Positions 50,965 to 64,000 of a DNA stretch of 64,000 nt are shown one piece after another. The translations under genes were made by a program, and so were the position numbers. The first letter of the stretch is position 1, and every line of letters begins with the position of its first letter. Origin of the DNA: Octopus vulgaris (lineage: Eukaryota); contig OX597832.1 in assembly GCA_951406725.2 (NCBI GenBank), forward strand, positions 70,122,001-70,186,000. The letters are read 5' to 3'. Under the pieces are notes generated by a model that was not told the DNA's origin, made no database searches, and saw nothing but the letters and a program-made list of their open reading frames with translations.

Positions 50965-52237
50965 GAGTTTTACCTTATGAAGCGGTGCACGTTACCAGAA
51001 TTTTCGACCCGAGTCAAACGCAACAAACTACTCGAAGTACTTGTTAGGTTATTCGCGTAAGTGGAACCTATAGCCTTTCGCATTCAATATGACAATAATT
51101 CCATTCAAAATGGAACCATCCTGTCCAAAAAAGAGTAATTCCATTGAAAATGAGCCTTTTAAAAATGAAAATAAATAAAACTGTAAATTTGCTTTAATTA
51201 TTTATGTATCACCGATGATAAACAGATTTTTTGCGTTATATCATTCCATTCATTGTCAATTTATTCACTAAGTTTGTTTATTTATTATCTATTAGCAAAA
51301 AGCATATTACATACTCCCATTTTGAATAGAACTATTCTCCTATTGAGTGTGACATGGTAGAGACAGACTAATTTGTACAGGCATAGGTTTATATTAATTG
51401 TAGTAATGAGGTGAAACAAAATAGTGATATCTTGAAATATTTTAATACGTGCGTTTCAGGTATACATGATACATAAGAGTGACGTCAGTTAAAACATTTA
51501 TGAAGAAGCTCTTACGTAATGGATGCATCTCCTATCATATATTACGCACACCCTAAGCCTAAGTGTTATATGATTTCAAAATATCATTATTTAGTTTGAC
51601 TTCACTGTTACAACTACAAATACACATATACATACACACATACGCACGCACACACACATGCACGCACACACACACACACACACACCTACATACATAATAT
51701 ATATATATATATATACATTACACACATCGTACGATGAACATCGTACATTATCTGTTAGACACTACTTGGCATGGTTTGATGAATTCCGCGTTCGATTTCG
51801 CAAGAAGAGTCCACCAAACCTTGTTTTCAAACTGTTGATGACTACCCAATTCAGTCACAACATTCACCGAACATTGTACGAATGGTAGGTATAAAAGATG
51901 ATGCAGGATGGAATCGAAATTACAGCCTCGTAATTGGCAAGCAAACATTCTCCCTTTTTATGTTGACAGAGGTTATTCACAATTAACTAAAATTCAAATG
52001 GGTTCCCAGCGGGCACCAATGTGACATGCAAAGAACACCGAAAATGAGCTTGCAGTATATAAATCTTTCTGTAGGTATACATAAATCCATTCAAGTGTGT
52101 ATATATATATTAAATATTTATGACGTGTTTAATCTAAAGCAACTGTAAGTGTACACAGATAAGTATATCAAATATTTTATGCATAGCATTGTGACAGACG
52201 CATTCACGTTTGTGTGTGCGTGTGTATACATGTATGA

Positions 52238-52280
<43 letters not shown>

Positions 52281-52414
52281 TATAATATAAATAAGCAGCA
52301 AAGATGTATAGGTGACAATTCAAGTAATATTTTTGAAGTGTGCGAACTATACCGAACTAGCAAGGTGCCTCAATTAAAGTACCTACTTGAAGTGAAAATT
52401 AATTATATTATATA

Positions 52415-52469
<55 letters not shown>

Positions 52470-52489
52470 TATGTATGTATGTATGTATG

Positions 52490-52547
<58 letters not shown>

Positions 52548-53570
52548 CATATACTTACAAACATGCACACATACATATAACCACTTAGATTTCCTTCCGT
52601 TTCACATTGCAAAATCTCGTTTGCCACTCACACTTTGTGTGTGTGCGTTTGTGCGCACGCGCTCCACCTTGAATGTGTCCAGGAGCCTGTGAGCATGCAT
52701 CAGTGTGGCTATGTGTCAAACCAGATCGACAAATAATAATTGTACTAAGTTGCTAAAAATGTTTCATTTGTATTGTTGATCTAGAGCCCCTCCCCTCCAA
52801 TAAATCTAGTCTCCAATGCGCAACAATTTCAGGTGAATTCATAATATTCTTTCTTGACACTTTGCCATAAAATACTATCAGAAAACATTGTCTATGATAT
52901 CCATTAAATTTGTCCATTGAATATCTCTAACGTAGACATCATATTTATTGGTGTCTCTTGTTATACAGTAGTTTGCTTTCTATTTTCCTTTCACACAGAA
53001 TATTTTCCTTTCTATTTCTTTCTTGCTTTTTTCTTTGGTTCGGGTTTTACGTTTATACTTTATTGTAAATTTTGAATGATTCAGATAACTGAGGTCATGA
53101 TTTTTTTTATTCGTTTATCAATCCTATAGGTCGGATATAAATGTAAGATAGGGTCGGATACGAATGTCGAACAACGAATAGAAATGAGTAAATAACCTAA
53201 TCGGAGCGCCCAACTGAAGGATTGCATTTTATTTAAAATTGAGCGGTTCCTTGCGAAACTGTCAAACATCTATTTGAAACATTGGTGCCGTTAGTTCCAA
53301 CTCCGTATGATTAGGTTTTGAGGTTTTACACCCGATTCAAACACTGTTCTAGCTTTCTGTTATGCACGCAGTTTCATACATCGGTACACACGATGTACAG
53401 ACGACAATGTACAGGAATTTGTATACATGCCTCCATCTCTCTCCAGGTGTGTGTATGTATGTGTGCATGTATATTATATACACATATATAACGAGAAATA
53501 TTGGTTGACATGCATACATGTATGAATATATATATACATATATGTATGTATGTATATGTATGTATATATG

Positions 53571-53608
<38 letters not shown>

Positions 53609-54507
53609 CTATATATATTTGCATATATACACATATTTATATATATATATATACTATATATATTTGTATATGCATACAGTCGTACATATATACATTAATA
53701 CACAAACAAACGCTCATACGAATATATACCCCTGCACTCACTCAAGCGTGTAAGTCAGAGCCCAGATATCATAAAGTCTGGAAGAAAGAGATATTATTGC
53801 ACCAATCCTTTTGGGCTTGTACATCCATTGATATATAACTAATCTATGCACTTGAAACAGTTTGATTTTAAAATACCGATGTGTAAAATATTTTATGAAT
53901 CATACACAATCGTGGAACAGCACTTTTTCTAATATTTTGTCGCAGAGAAACATCTCAAACTGTGTGTTAAAACAGTATTCATAGCTGGCGCCGGATGCCG
54001 TGATCTGATCGCCAGATACGGTATTTCGATCTTATATAGTCTTCTCAGTAAATAATCATTCTAATCTAAGCAGAAAATGCTAATTCCGTCGTAAAAATCG
54101 ATAAACCAAGCATTTACTGATTTGGACGCAAGATGACCAGATTGAAATTTCACAGATATACAACTTAAAACAGCATTACTCATAACATGAATTAATGACG
54201 TGTATATCTATAATACATTTTCACATGAAGAACGACCCTATAAAAAATTGCTTGTTCCAGAGAATTATCCCAAGGAGATCTGTGTTTAAAACATAGAGCT
54301 CATTCAGAATGTCGGTAGATCGCGATCACACTGTTTCGACTTACCTTGGTGTCGTCAGTGGCGAATACCCGTACATTGTAAATTTTATGAATAACGTTCG
54401 GTGACTTGGCGTATTCCACACGTATGTATATATATGCCTCATAGATACATACATACATGCATGCACTCATGCATACATTCACATATACATCAATATATAC
54501 ATACATA

Positions 54508-54674
54508 TAGGCGCAGGAGTGGCTGTGTGGTAAGTAGCTTGTTTACCAACCACATGGTTCCGGGTTCAGTCCCACTGCGTGGCACTTTGGGCAAGTGTCT
54601 TCTACTAAAGCCTCGGGCCGACCAAAGCTTTGTGAGTGGATTTGGTAGACGGATACTGAAAGAAGCCCGTCGTA

Positions 54675-54742
<68 letters not shown>

Positions 54743-54964
54743 TGTGTGTGTTTGTGTGTCTGTGTTTGTCCCCCTAGCATTGCTTGACAACCGATGCTGG
54801 TGTGTTTATGTCCCTGTTACTTAGCGGTTCGGCAAAAGAGACCGATAGAATAGGTACTGGGCTTACAAAAGAATAAGTCTCGGGGTCGAGTTGCTCGATT
54901 AAAGGCGGTGCTCCAGCATGGCCGCAGTCAAATGACTAAAACAAGTAAAAGAGAGAGTAAAAGA
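54508..54964 (+). mobile_element. tRNA-derived SINE, full length
   Basis: Same family as 28316-28736. Confidence 0.9.
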
Positions 54965-54972
54965 TTATACAC

Positions 54973-55054
<82 letters not shown>

Positions 55055-55082
55055 TTTATTTAAAGCAGCAGAAAATTCTACA

Positions 55083-55127
55083 AAACTTGTTACTTTGAGT
55101 TTCCCGTTGTCGTTCATCGGACAGTTT
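55083..55127 (-). ncRNA. Degenerate hammerhead-like motif (U4C)
   Basis: AAACTGT-CCGATGA-acg acaa cgg-GAAA-CTcaaAG-TA-ACAaGTTT on the minus strand. Confidence 0.4.
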
Positions 55128-56301
55128 TTGCTAGAAGGGAACCGATGTCAAACGCCACACCTTTAAAATATGGACTTGTTTGATTGGCCCTTTAGAAATA
55201 ACGGTCAATTTTCGAGCAATAAACAAAGATGAGCTCATAAAAAAAATATATATATATATGAAAATTATAAAAAATTATAAAAATTATAAAATTTGAGGAA
55301 AAACCTTACATTGAATAAAATACATATTGACCTTAACGAAGGAAATATAATTAATACATGGAAATTGAAATGCATTAAAAATATGCATTACAAATATAAC
55401 ACAGCAATACATATTCATATTAAAGTTTACATATATATCAACATACACAGAATAGATGCGTGCGAACCCCATACATATACAGACGTATAAATATAAAGCT
55501 AAAATATACACACAAATGCATGTATACATCTGTATACGCAATCTAGTTCGCACGCAAGCTAAAATCATGGATGGTTAAGTATTGTTCGTATTTACGAAGC
55601 AAAGCTGAAGACATGAGTAAGTGAGGGGGGCGTAAAGTTGCATGACTATACATGTATTGTATAGTTAGAGAAAAAACGAAAGAAAGTAAGAGAGAGAAAA
55701 AAGAAAAGGTGGAAGGAAAAAGAAAAAAGGAGGGGTGGAGAAAAAACGAAATAAGAAAAATTATGTATACAGGCTGTGTAACCTCGTATATTGACACATA
55801 TATAGAGATACAAGTACACAAACACACAAGTTCAAGTAGATAGATACACATACAGTCGTGTATGTGTGTGCTTAAGCACAAACATACGCTCACTTACACA
55901 TACACAGAGACGTATGCTTACAAATACATATTCGTGGCTATACACATGTTTACATCAAAATTCTAATTTTTGACAACGTTGCTTTTAAAAAAATGGTGAG
56001 TGTAATAATGAAAATTATACGAAAGACATGTAAGATATAACACTCTATTTCGGATCATCTATAAATAAAAAATCAAAGTAAGCCTATACAATATAATAAC
56101 ATGAAATAAACTAAGCCGAAGGTTTTTCCTAAGAAATATGTAGAAATATAAACAAAATAAACAAAATATATGCATGAGACGTTGCTATACGGAATGGAAT
56201 CTGCATAGCGCGAAACAAATCCATCGTTGCGTTTACATACTAGTCCAAGAATCAAAATCAAAATTTCAAAATCAAAAATACAACAAGACAAGGTACATAT
56301 T

Positions 56302-57283
56302 CTATCCATATGGTATATTTATGTTTGACATTTTAAATTTGGCTGCGTGCCTGCATAAGTTCATCGGCTCACTTCTTTGATTCAAAGAATTATTGTCTTT
56401 GAATAAAATGTAGAGTTTTTCTAACAGGCAAAGATTGCATTTGAAATTATTCTTGTGTGCTCCATGCCTGTATGTTGCCGCTCTGTCCAGAATGCTCCAT
56501 GTCACGTTGAAAGGTGGGGTTTCCTTTTCTTTTAGTTCCCAGACATATTTTGCTAGGCTGGTCCTCTTCCTATTTTCTGGGTATCTAAATGAATTTTTAT
56601 GCGAATAAAATCGCGTTTTAAACGAGTTTTCTGAAGCCCCTGTATATGTCTTGTATTCCGATGAGCCTTCTATTTGTACCTTCGCTCTATAAACTACTCC
56701 TTTTACTAGACATTTCCCTTCTAACGGGCAGGAGGGTTCATTTTTGAAATTGCATTTCTTAATGGGCTCGGCACCATGTTTAATCTCAATCATATTCCTA
56801 TTATGCTAGCTAATGTAAGAGGCGAAATTTCTGCAACAAGAATAGCTAACCTTCAGGGTTCTTCTGTTAAATATCCTATAGAATATATGGTCCTGCTTAA
56901 AATGCCTAGAGACTAATTTAAAAAATTCCTTACCTATATTAGTCTTTACGGCCAAATTGAAAGCCGGGTTGAACCACAAAACTTTCCTGGTCCTAGTTCT
57001 TCGCGCAGCATTATTATCAGCATTAAGATTTATAGATGCAGGTTTATATAGGGATGACGGCCTTATAGCCACCCATAATTTAAACGGCCATGAATCAGAT
57101 AGACTTAGGAAGGACCTTATTGCTTTCTTTCAAAGGATGGGCTTACGGGTTATAATAGATACTAACCTGAATAGTGTAGATTTTTTAGACGTAAATTTTA
57201 ATGCAAGGTCGGATAGATTTAAACCTTTCCGTAAGCCCAATGAAAAGCTATCGTATATTAGCAAAGATTCGAACCATCCGCAG
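56302..57283 (-). mobile_element. PLE-5 fragment with 5' inversion (EN on minus, RT core on plus)
   Basis: CPLEGKCL..VVY...YTG...FKTRFYSH...CNLCLLEK...CRH on minus; GLYRDDGL, VDFLDV, DSNHP on plus from ~56996. Confidence 0.82.
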
Positions 57284-58490
57284 TAGAGCAACGAAACTTG
57301 GCACAGTTATTAGACTTTTTCTACATAGGAACCACCCAGAGTTACGCATTTCCACATCGTTTGATGCAGTTCTGGAGACCGTTTTTGTAGAAGACCCCAG
57401 TTTGGTCCTCCAAACACGACGTGACTTCAGAAATCAAGGCTACATCATCTGGGAAACGCTTTCCTTTGAAAAACAAGTTCGTGGCTGGGAAGAGGTGACA
57501 ATCAGAGGGTGCAAGGTCAGGAGAGTAGGGGGATGGGGGAGGAGTTCATAGCCGCACGCCTGTGCTTCTGATCTAGTGACACGCGAGTTGTGGACCGGAG
57601 CGTTTTCCTGCAGGAGGAGGATGCCTTTGCTGATCTTGCCCCGCCTCTTGATTTTGATAGCTTCTCTTAATTTCCTCAAAAGTGAAGCATAATAGGCTCC
57701 TGTAATTGTGGTACCCTTTGCCAGGAAATCTGTCATCACTACTCAGTCCTGGTCCCAGAAGACTGTGAGCATGACCTTGCCAGCGGAGGGCTGGACCCTT
57801 GCCTTCTTTGGAGGAGGTGAGTCACGGTGCTTCCACTGCATTGGTCTCTGGATCATAGTGATGGACCCAGGTTTCATCCTGTGTAATCAGTCTTTTGAAA
57901 AATGTTGACTCATCTTCTTGGCACATCTCCAAATTCATCCTCGAGCACTCGACGCGTTCTTGCTTCTGGAAATGTGTGAGCAACCTGGGAATCCATCTGG
58001 CAGACACCTTTTTCAAATGCAAATGGTCATGAATGATAGTTTCCACAGACCCGGTACTAATCTTGACCTCATGGGCTATTTGGCGAATAGTTATGCGTCG
58101 ATCTTCCAAAATGGCAGCCTCAACTTGACGGACAGATGCCTCATCAATGGCAGAAGGGGGGGGACCAGATATGGGAGCTGTTTCCACAGAGTTCCAACCA
58201 TGTTTGAATTCACGATGCCAGCGTTCTACAAGGTCATATGATGGGGCATCATCACCATAAGTTACTTTCATTTCATCAAAAGTCTCCCGTGGTGTGCGTC
58301 CTTTCAAATACAAAAAACCGGATCACTGCTCGACACTCAACAGGCTCCATTTCACACTTGACTCAGTTCAAACACCTGCAAATCAGAAACCACAATTAGT
58401 ATCTATAGAGATATAAATAATTGCACATGCAAAATTGCAGCTAGATCAAACAACTGCAAGTGGGTCAAGGGCATCACTTATTGAACGCTT
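57284..58490 (-). mobile_element. Mariner transposon, frameshifted transposase pseudogene
   Basis: HTH region, RWIPRLLT, TQDETWVHHYDPE, LLQENAPVH, LLPHPP in ORFs 57822-58313 and 57440-57739. Confidence 0.88.
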
Positions 58491-58528
58491 TTAATATTGT
58501 TAACAAGGCAAAAATACACTCATCCATT

Positions 58529-58593
<65 letters not shown>

Positions 58594-58935
58594 GCACATA
58601 CATCTGTTCGTGCTTTTGCGTTCGCTCCCTAATAATCACACTTGAAGTGAATTATTATAAGGTAAAGATTTATGGATTCGTACAAAAAGGTTAATGTCCG
58701 AGTCAGCCGACATCTTTAATTTTTTTCTTCTTTTAGAATAATTTATCTTTAACATGTTGAAAGTAGTTAGCAAGTTGAATAGTTGAAAAAAAAATGTATC
58801 AATTAGACTTGAATCTCCACTTATCATTTTGTGACCAGGAATTTGTTTTTGATTCTGTTTCTTATTTTCTTTTTCTTAGATAAACGAAATGAGCTAATGT
58901 ATACTTGCCGATTTGTTATCATCGCTATCCGTTAA

Positions 58936-59160
58936 GGCTGCGAGCTGGCAGAAACGTTAGCACGCCGGGCGAATTGCGTAGCCGTATTTCGTCTGCCGTT
59001 ACGTTCTGAGTTCAAATTCCGGCGAGGTCGACTTTGCTTTTCATTCTTTCGCGGTCGATAAATTAAGTACTAGTTACGTACTGGGGTTGATGTAATCGAC
59101 TTAATCCGTTTGTCTGTCCTTGTTTGTCCCCTCTGTGTTTAGCCCCTTGTGGGTAGTAAA
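58936..59160 (+). mobile_element. Second tRNA-related SINE family
   Basis: GAGCTGGCAGAAACGTTAGCACGCCGG head, GAGTTCAAATTCC B box, GGTCGATAAATTAAGTACT core. Confidence 0.75.
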
Positions 59161-60011
59161 GGAATGTTTCCGGATTCGATTCCATACACTGCCTTCGACG
59201 GACCAACAAGATTGCATGTGTCATTGAGTAAATAGATAATATCCACAACAGCTCATCTCAATTTTTGGTACATGTATATACATTCATATATAAACATATT
59301 GTGTGTGTGTGTGTGTGTGTGTGTTTGGGTGTGTGTGTGTGTTTGTATGTGTGTGTGTGTGCTTGTGTATTAGTGCGTATAATCGTTAGTGTAAATATGT
59401 ATGCATTTATGGGACGATACAAGAGAAGCGTTTACTAACAGAAAGCAACAGAGATTGTGTAGCAGCAAAAAGTTGAATTGCTTTTCAATGAAATGTAGAT
59501 CAATAAATAAGTAAAAGTAACAGCCCGAGATAAGAGTCGAAGTCTATATAATTGAGTAAGACACTTAAGTACGTTGTCCCAGCCTGGCCACAATTAAACG
59601 AATGAAACGTGTGAAACATTCAAAGAATAAAAGAATAAAACAGCACAATTGAAATGTATAAACAGCTTCTAAATTATGGGCTGCAACAAGATATCCAGCG
59701 AAAGAGGAGAAACCTATGTATACACGCAGATACATACATACATACATACATACATACATACATACATACATACATACATACATACATACATACATGTATG
59801 TATATAAGTGTATATACACATACATACGATTTCCCGACTAACGTAATCGATACTATTCTTTTACAGCTACGAGAAATTTCTATTTCTTTTGATTTATCCG
59901 TTATCAGCTGCAATAATAAAATTTTATGTATGTACTACGTATGTATGAGCATATATACATATATATGTGTGTGTGTGTGAGTGTGTAGGTACAAGTCTAT
60001 GTACATAAACG

Positions 60012-60051
<40 letters not shown>

Positions 60052-60088
60052 CATACACACATACATATATATATATACACATACATAC

Positions 60089-60134
<46 letters not shown>

Positions 60135-60529
60135 TATATATCAATTATCTACATATATACATACGTTCCATGATATAAAAATATATATCGAACAATATAT
60201 CTTTGAGTAACTGAAATAATTTATAAACAAAAAGCATAATAATAATTGTAGAACTAACGATAACGATAAGAGCTTCAAAACCGAACAACAAAATAATAAC
60301 AACAACGTCATCTAGCACACCAAACACAAGTATAGTTCTTATTATTAATATTTTTATTCTGCTCATTAATGTTTTTTGTTTGTTTTTGCTGGGGTTATTT
60401 TGCATCAAAGGGACTACAAAGAGACATAACTGCGATATTATATCAATGTTATGACAATGACGAAATATAATATTCCACAGAAATAACATAGATATTTTGG
60501 TATGAACATACAGAGATATAGGTACAGAG

Positions 60530-60590
<61 letters not shown>

Positions 60591-62669
60591 CATGTCCTTA
60601 TGTCAATATATATCTATGAATGCTGCGTGTGTGTGTGTGGATGCGTGCGTGTGTACATGCGTGTTTGTGCATTTCTACATATATATATACATATCACTCA
60701 CACAGATATATTCATTTCAATACGTGTACACAACAATGTATGTGTATTTACATGCGTTCTGACATATGTACGTGCATCCACACATAAAATAGAGGCGTAC
60801 AATCACTCGCATTTTCATACTTACATGTACATATGGATACATATTTGTATACATGGTAGGAGCCAACTCGTGAGCGGGTGAGGCCACTTTCTATATTCAG
60901 CAATTGCATGTAAACATTCCGACAGTCCAAGAATTCCTGTACTTGAATTCGTTTTCAGAGGATGAAATGTTGCACACCACTTTACAACGCAATCCATTAT
61001 AAAACCAATGACACAACAGAGGCTGAGGTGACTCGAAACTAACAGGTTTTAGAAGTTTACCTTCAACTAGAAAGAAGTTCAAACGAGAACTAGGGGTCCT
61101 TCACCCCAGTTACTAGCATGCTAATTAAACCATAGCCGAGATCCTGACATGTACTACCACACTAGGTTAGAGTAAAGCTGAGAAGAATATTGGCTTTCAC
61201 ACTCCTCAAACATCGCCTCGAGTATTCATATCAGGGCCCCACTAACGGAAGCTGTTTAAAGTCACACCCAAGACATACATGTATATATTGTATGTATGTA
61301 CACGTAAATGCATGCGGCGGGAGAATGTCATCGCAAATCGACAATCACGTCATAGCCTCCAGTTTCAGTAGGAAATGTTCCAGCTTCATTGGAGATATCG
61401 TAAAGAATCGGTTAGAATTTGCGCACAGCTATAAATGATTTCAGTGGGGAAAATGCGCTCTGATGTGTATTGCAAGAGATTTGTAATTTTTTGACATATT
61501 CTCTATTATATTCATGTTACGTGACACAGTAAGCGCTGCCATTCTCTATTACGTTTGTGTCACTTGACACAGAAAACGAGCAAATCCATTCTATTTCTTT
61601 TTACTCAATTTAACACACAGAATATTGTTCATCGTCATAGATAAAGTGTGTTCATTGTTTCTTCTTGGGTTCAACAATGATTCATGCAAAATACGACACA
61701 AATTAATACATTGGGAGCGGGATTATTTAACGTATAGGGCTGTATTTTCAACCGACAGCTTTCGGTTGCTCCTACCGTCCTAGGAGAATGAATTATTCGA
61801 CGAATGAGAAGTTTATTTTGTTCACTTCTGTTTTGTCTTCTGTACGGAATAGTTTTCTACAGACGCTTGGTTTTCTGGACGTTTGCGTTTAGTGTTACTC
61901 AATAATTTGATTGAAACTTGATAATTACACGTTGTCTTCTTGACGGCATTGAGAAAATTTATTCTCATCTTTGGTTTCGCTTATTTGTAAATTTGCTGAA
62001 GCTAAAATAGTTTCATTCTTGGAGAAGACACATATATTTACACAAGGATGTTCGTGGTGCTGAAGTGAAGTGTACACTAGGTGACACTGAGATCTTTAAA
62101 TTACCTTATATGCCTTGATACTGTGAAGTGTTTATTCTTTTTCATTTCCAAAGCAGAATTATAGTTTAAGAACCAGTTGTAGAAGCTGCCTTTGTATATT
62201 CTGCTAGGAAATCTACAGGCTTTTATGTCTCTTGGGACAGCCCTCGTTGCTTACTTCATAAGCGATTCAGATTTGCATAAATATATCAGAGAGGAATATT
62301 TATTTTCTTAGATGCACTTAGCTCCCCTGCTGACCCTTCCGATAAAATCATTCGAAAACTGCCTACGGAATGCTGTTATTGGGATATAAAAACGCGTGTG
62401 AGTGCGTGCATGTGCGTGTGTGCTTTAGCGTTTGTGTATTTGTGTGTGCATCCGCGTGTATGTGTATGTATGCAATTGTTAGTTTTATTTTATTATTGTT
62501 ATCATCATCATCATTACCATTAATACGTAAGAGGGATAGAAAATACTGTCCTTTGCGTCTTTATTCTTCGGGTTAACTATCAAGCCTTGACAAAAGACTT
62601 AAAACAGAAATTATTTTTATAAAAATATCGCACAGAGAGCAGGTCTGTATTGCATTTGTACGCCCACTT

Positions 62670-63669
62670 TTAATTCCCAAACGTTCTGAGTGAAAAATAT
62701 GTACAAACTCTTAACTTACTAGTTTTCAGATTATTTTTCGTTGATGCTGCCCAGTCTGATTGGTCCATCTTCTTGATTATTCCTAGGCTTTCTAGTCTTT
62801 CAAGTTTCTTGTTTACCTGGTCTATTGCCATAAATGGTACATTCCGTTTTGGCTTAAACACAGGTGTTGCATTTTGTTTTCCTATAATTTTTGCCTTTGT
62901 TTTCGGGCAGCAGCCCATTTCCTCCAAGGAAAAATCTGGGAATAAATGTATCGTTTTTCATTTCAAATCCCCCAGCCGCATTCGAACCTTCGACTGAACT
63001 GACTATATTCCATCACAAAACACTTATAGGCGTATTCCACAATTTGAACAGTTCCATCCACTCAGTGTCGAGTAGATTTTATGTGTCGTGTCAAAATTTA
63101 CTATTTTTTCACATTATTCTGGCACTTGTAAGGTTACAGCTTGTTTTTTTCCCCCAGCTTAGCAAGAATTCTCGGTCTTACTTCTGCGTCTATTTCTGCA
63201 GTTAGCCCCCGAGTAAATATCAGACATTTGAACGTTTCTAGCGTTACTTCGTCCAGTTTGAACTTTTCGCATTCTCTGTTAACTCTGCCAACATGTGTGA
63301 TGTAGTCCTCCTCGTTGTTCTTTTCTAGCTTCAGACATTTCCAGCATGTAGTGAGCAACGAGCTTTCCTCGCTAAAACTTTTACATAATATGTCTATTAT
63401 ATCTTTAAAGTTTATGTCAGAAGGTTTTCTTTTTTTTTCTGGAGTACGTAATTGTTGTAACGCTCATGTTACAGTTTTCTTAGGACTAGACGCGTTTTTA
63501 TATAGTCGTTCCAATCTTTATTGAAGATCTGTTCGTATCTTTTATAGTACGCTTCGAATGTAACTCCTTTGTCTGGTTTATATTTAAATTCTGTTATTGA
63601 GTTTGCAACATAATCTGGTGGGTACATGCCCTTTACTGCGAACACTTTTATAAATAGCCAAACCGGCAC
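62670..63669 (-). pseudogene. Ty3/Gypsy gag-pol remnant
   Basis: FEAYYKRYEQIF and FKCLIFTRGL (gag-like); PVFKPKRNVPF...LERLESLGII...SDWAA...LRVC (RT N-terminus). Confidence 0.75.
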
Positions 63670-64000
63670 ATAACGGGGAAAATACTTTGAAATTAAGGTA
63701 CCGAAGTTATTATTGTTGTTATTATTATTAGCTTTTCTTTATTCAATTTTGTTTCCACTTCTTGCCCAATGTCTTCCCGAAGGCTAGGGCAAAGAAACAC
63801 TGTATACATCGAGAGAACATTAAAATAAACACACCACATTGCTTATGTACAAAATTAAGTCATGGGAATAAAAAGAATAAAAAAGAACAAATAAAAAAGG
63901 CAAGAAAAGATAAAATATTACATGGGTTGTGGTCGTTCTCACACGAAATGCTCTTCTCAATGCATATGACGTACCAGTTAAGAAAATCTGCTACACGTCT

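Overview
AT-rich eukaryotic DNA packed with (TA)n/(CA)n/(TACA)n/(TAGA)n microsatellites. The SINEs and microsatellite load suggest an octopus/cephalopod genome (inference). Most ORFs in the track are microsatellite translations, and no host gene is securely identifiable. The window contains five Penelope-like elements (PLEs; RT plus C-terminal GIY-YIG), a full-length but defective Tx1/L1-type LINE with a 19-bp TSD, tRNA-derived SINEs, mariner/Tc1 remnants, a MITE and a Gypsy remnant. Two signals stand out. (1) About a dozen minimal type I hammerhead ribozymes, mostly with palindromic stem III, lie in PLE pseudo-LTRs (U3-A8 core variant) and in non-coding ~350-570 nt retrozyme-like units arranged as tandem plus inverted copies; the LINE inserted beside one of them. 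(2) Three diverged endonuclease-bearing PLEs all keep an upstream coiled-coil ORF1 and a phased U_UUU_UUA heptamer at the ORF1/RT overlap, which points to programmed -1 ribosomal frameshifting. All structures were folded and aligned by eye.
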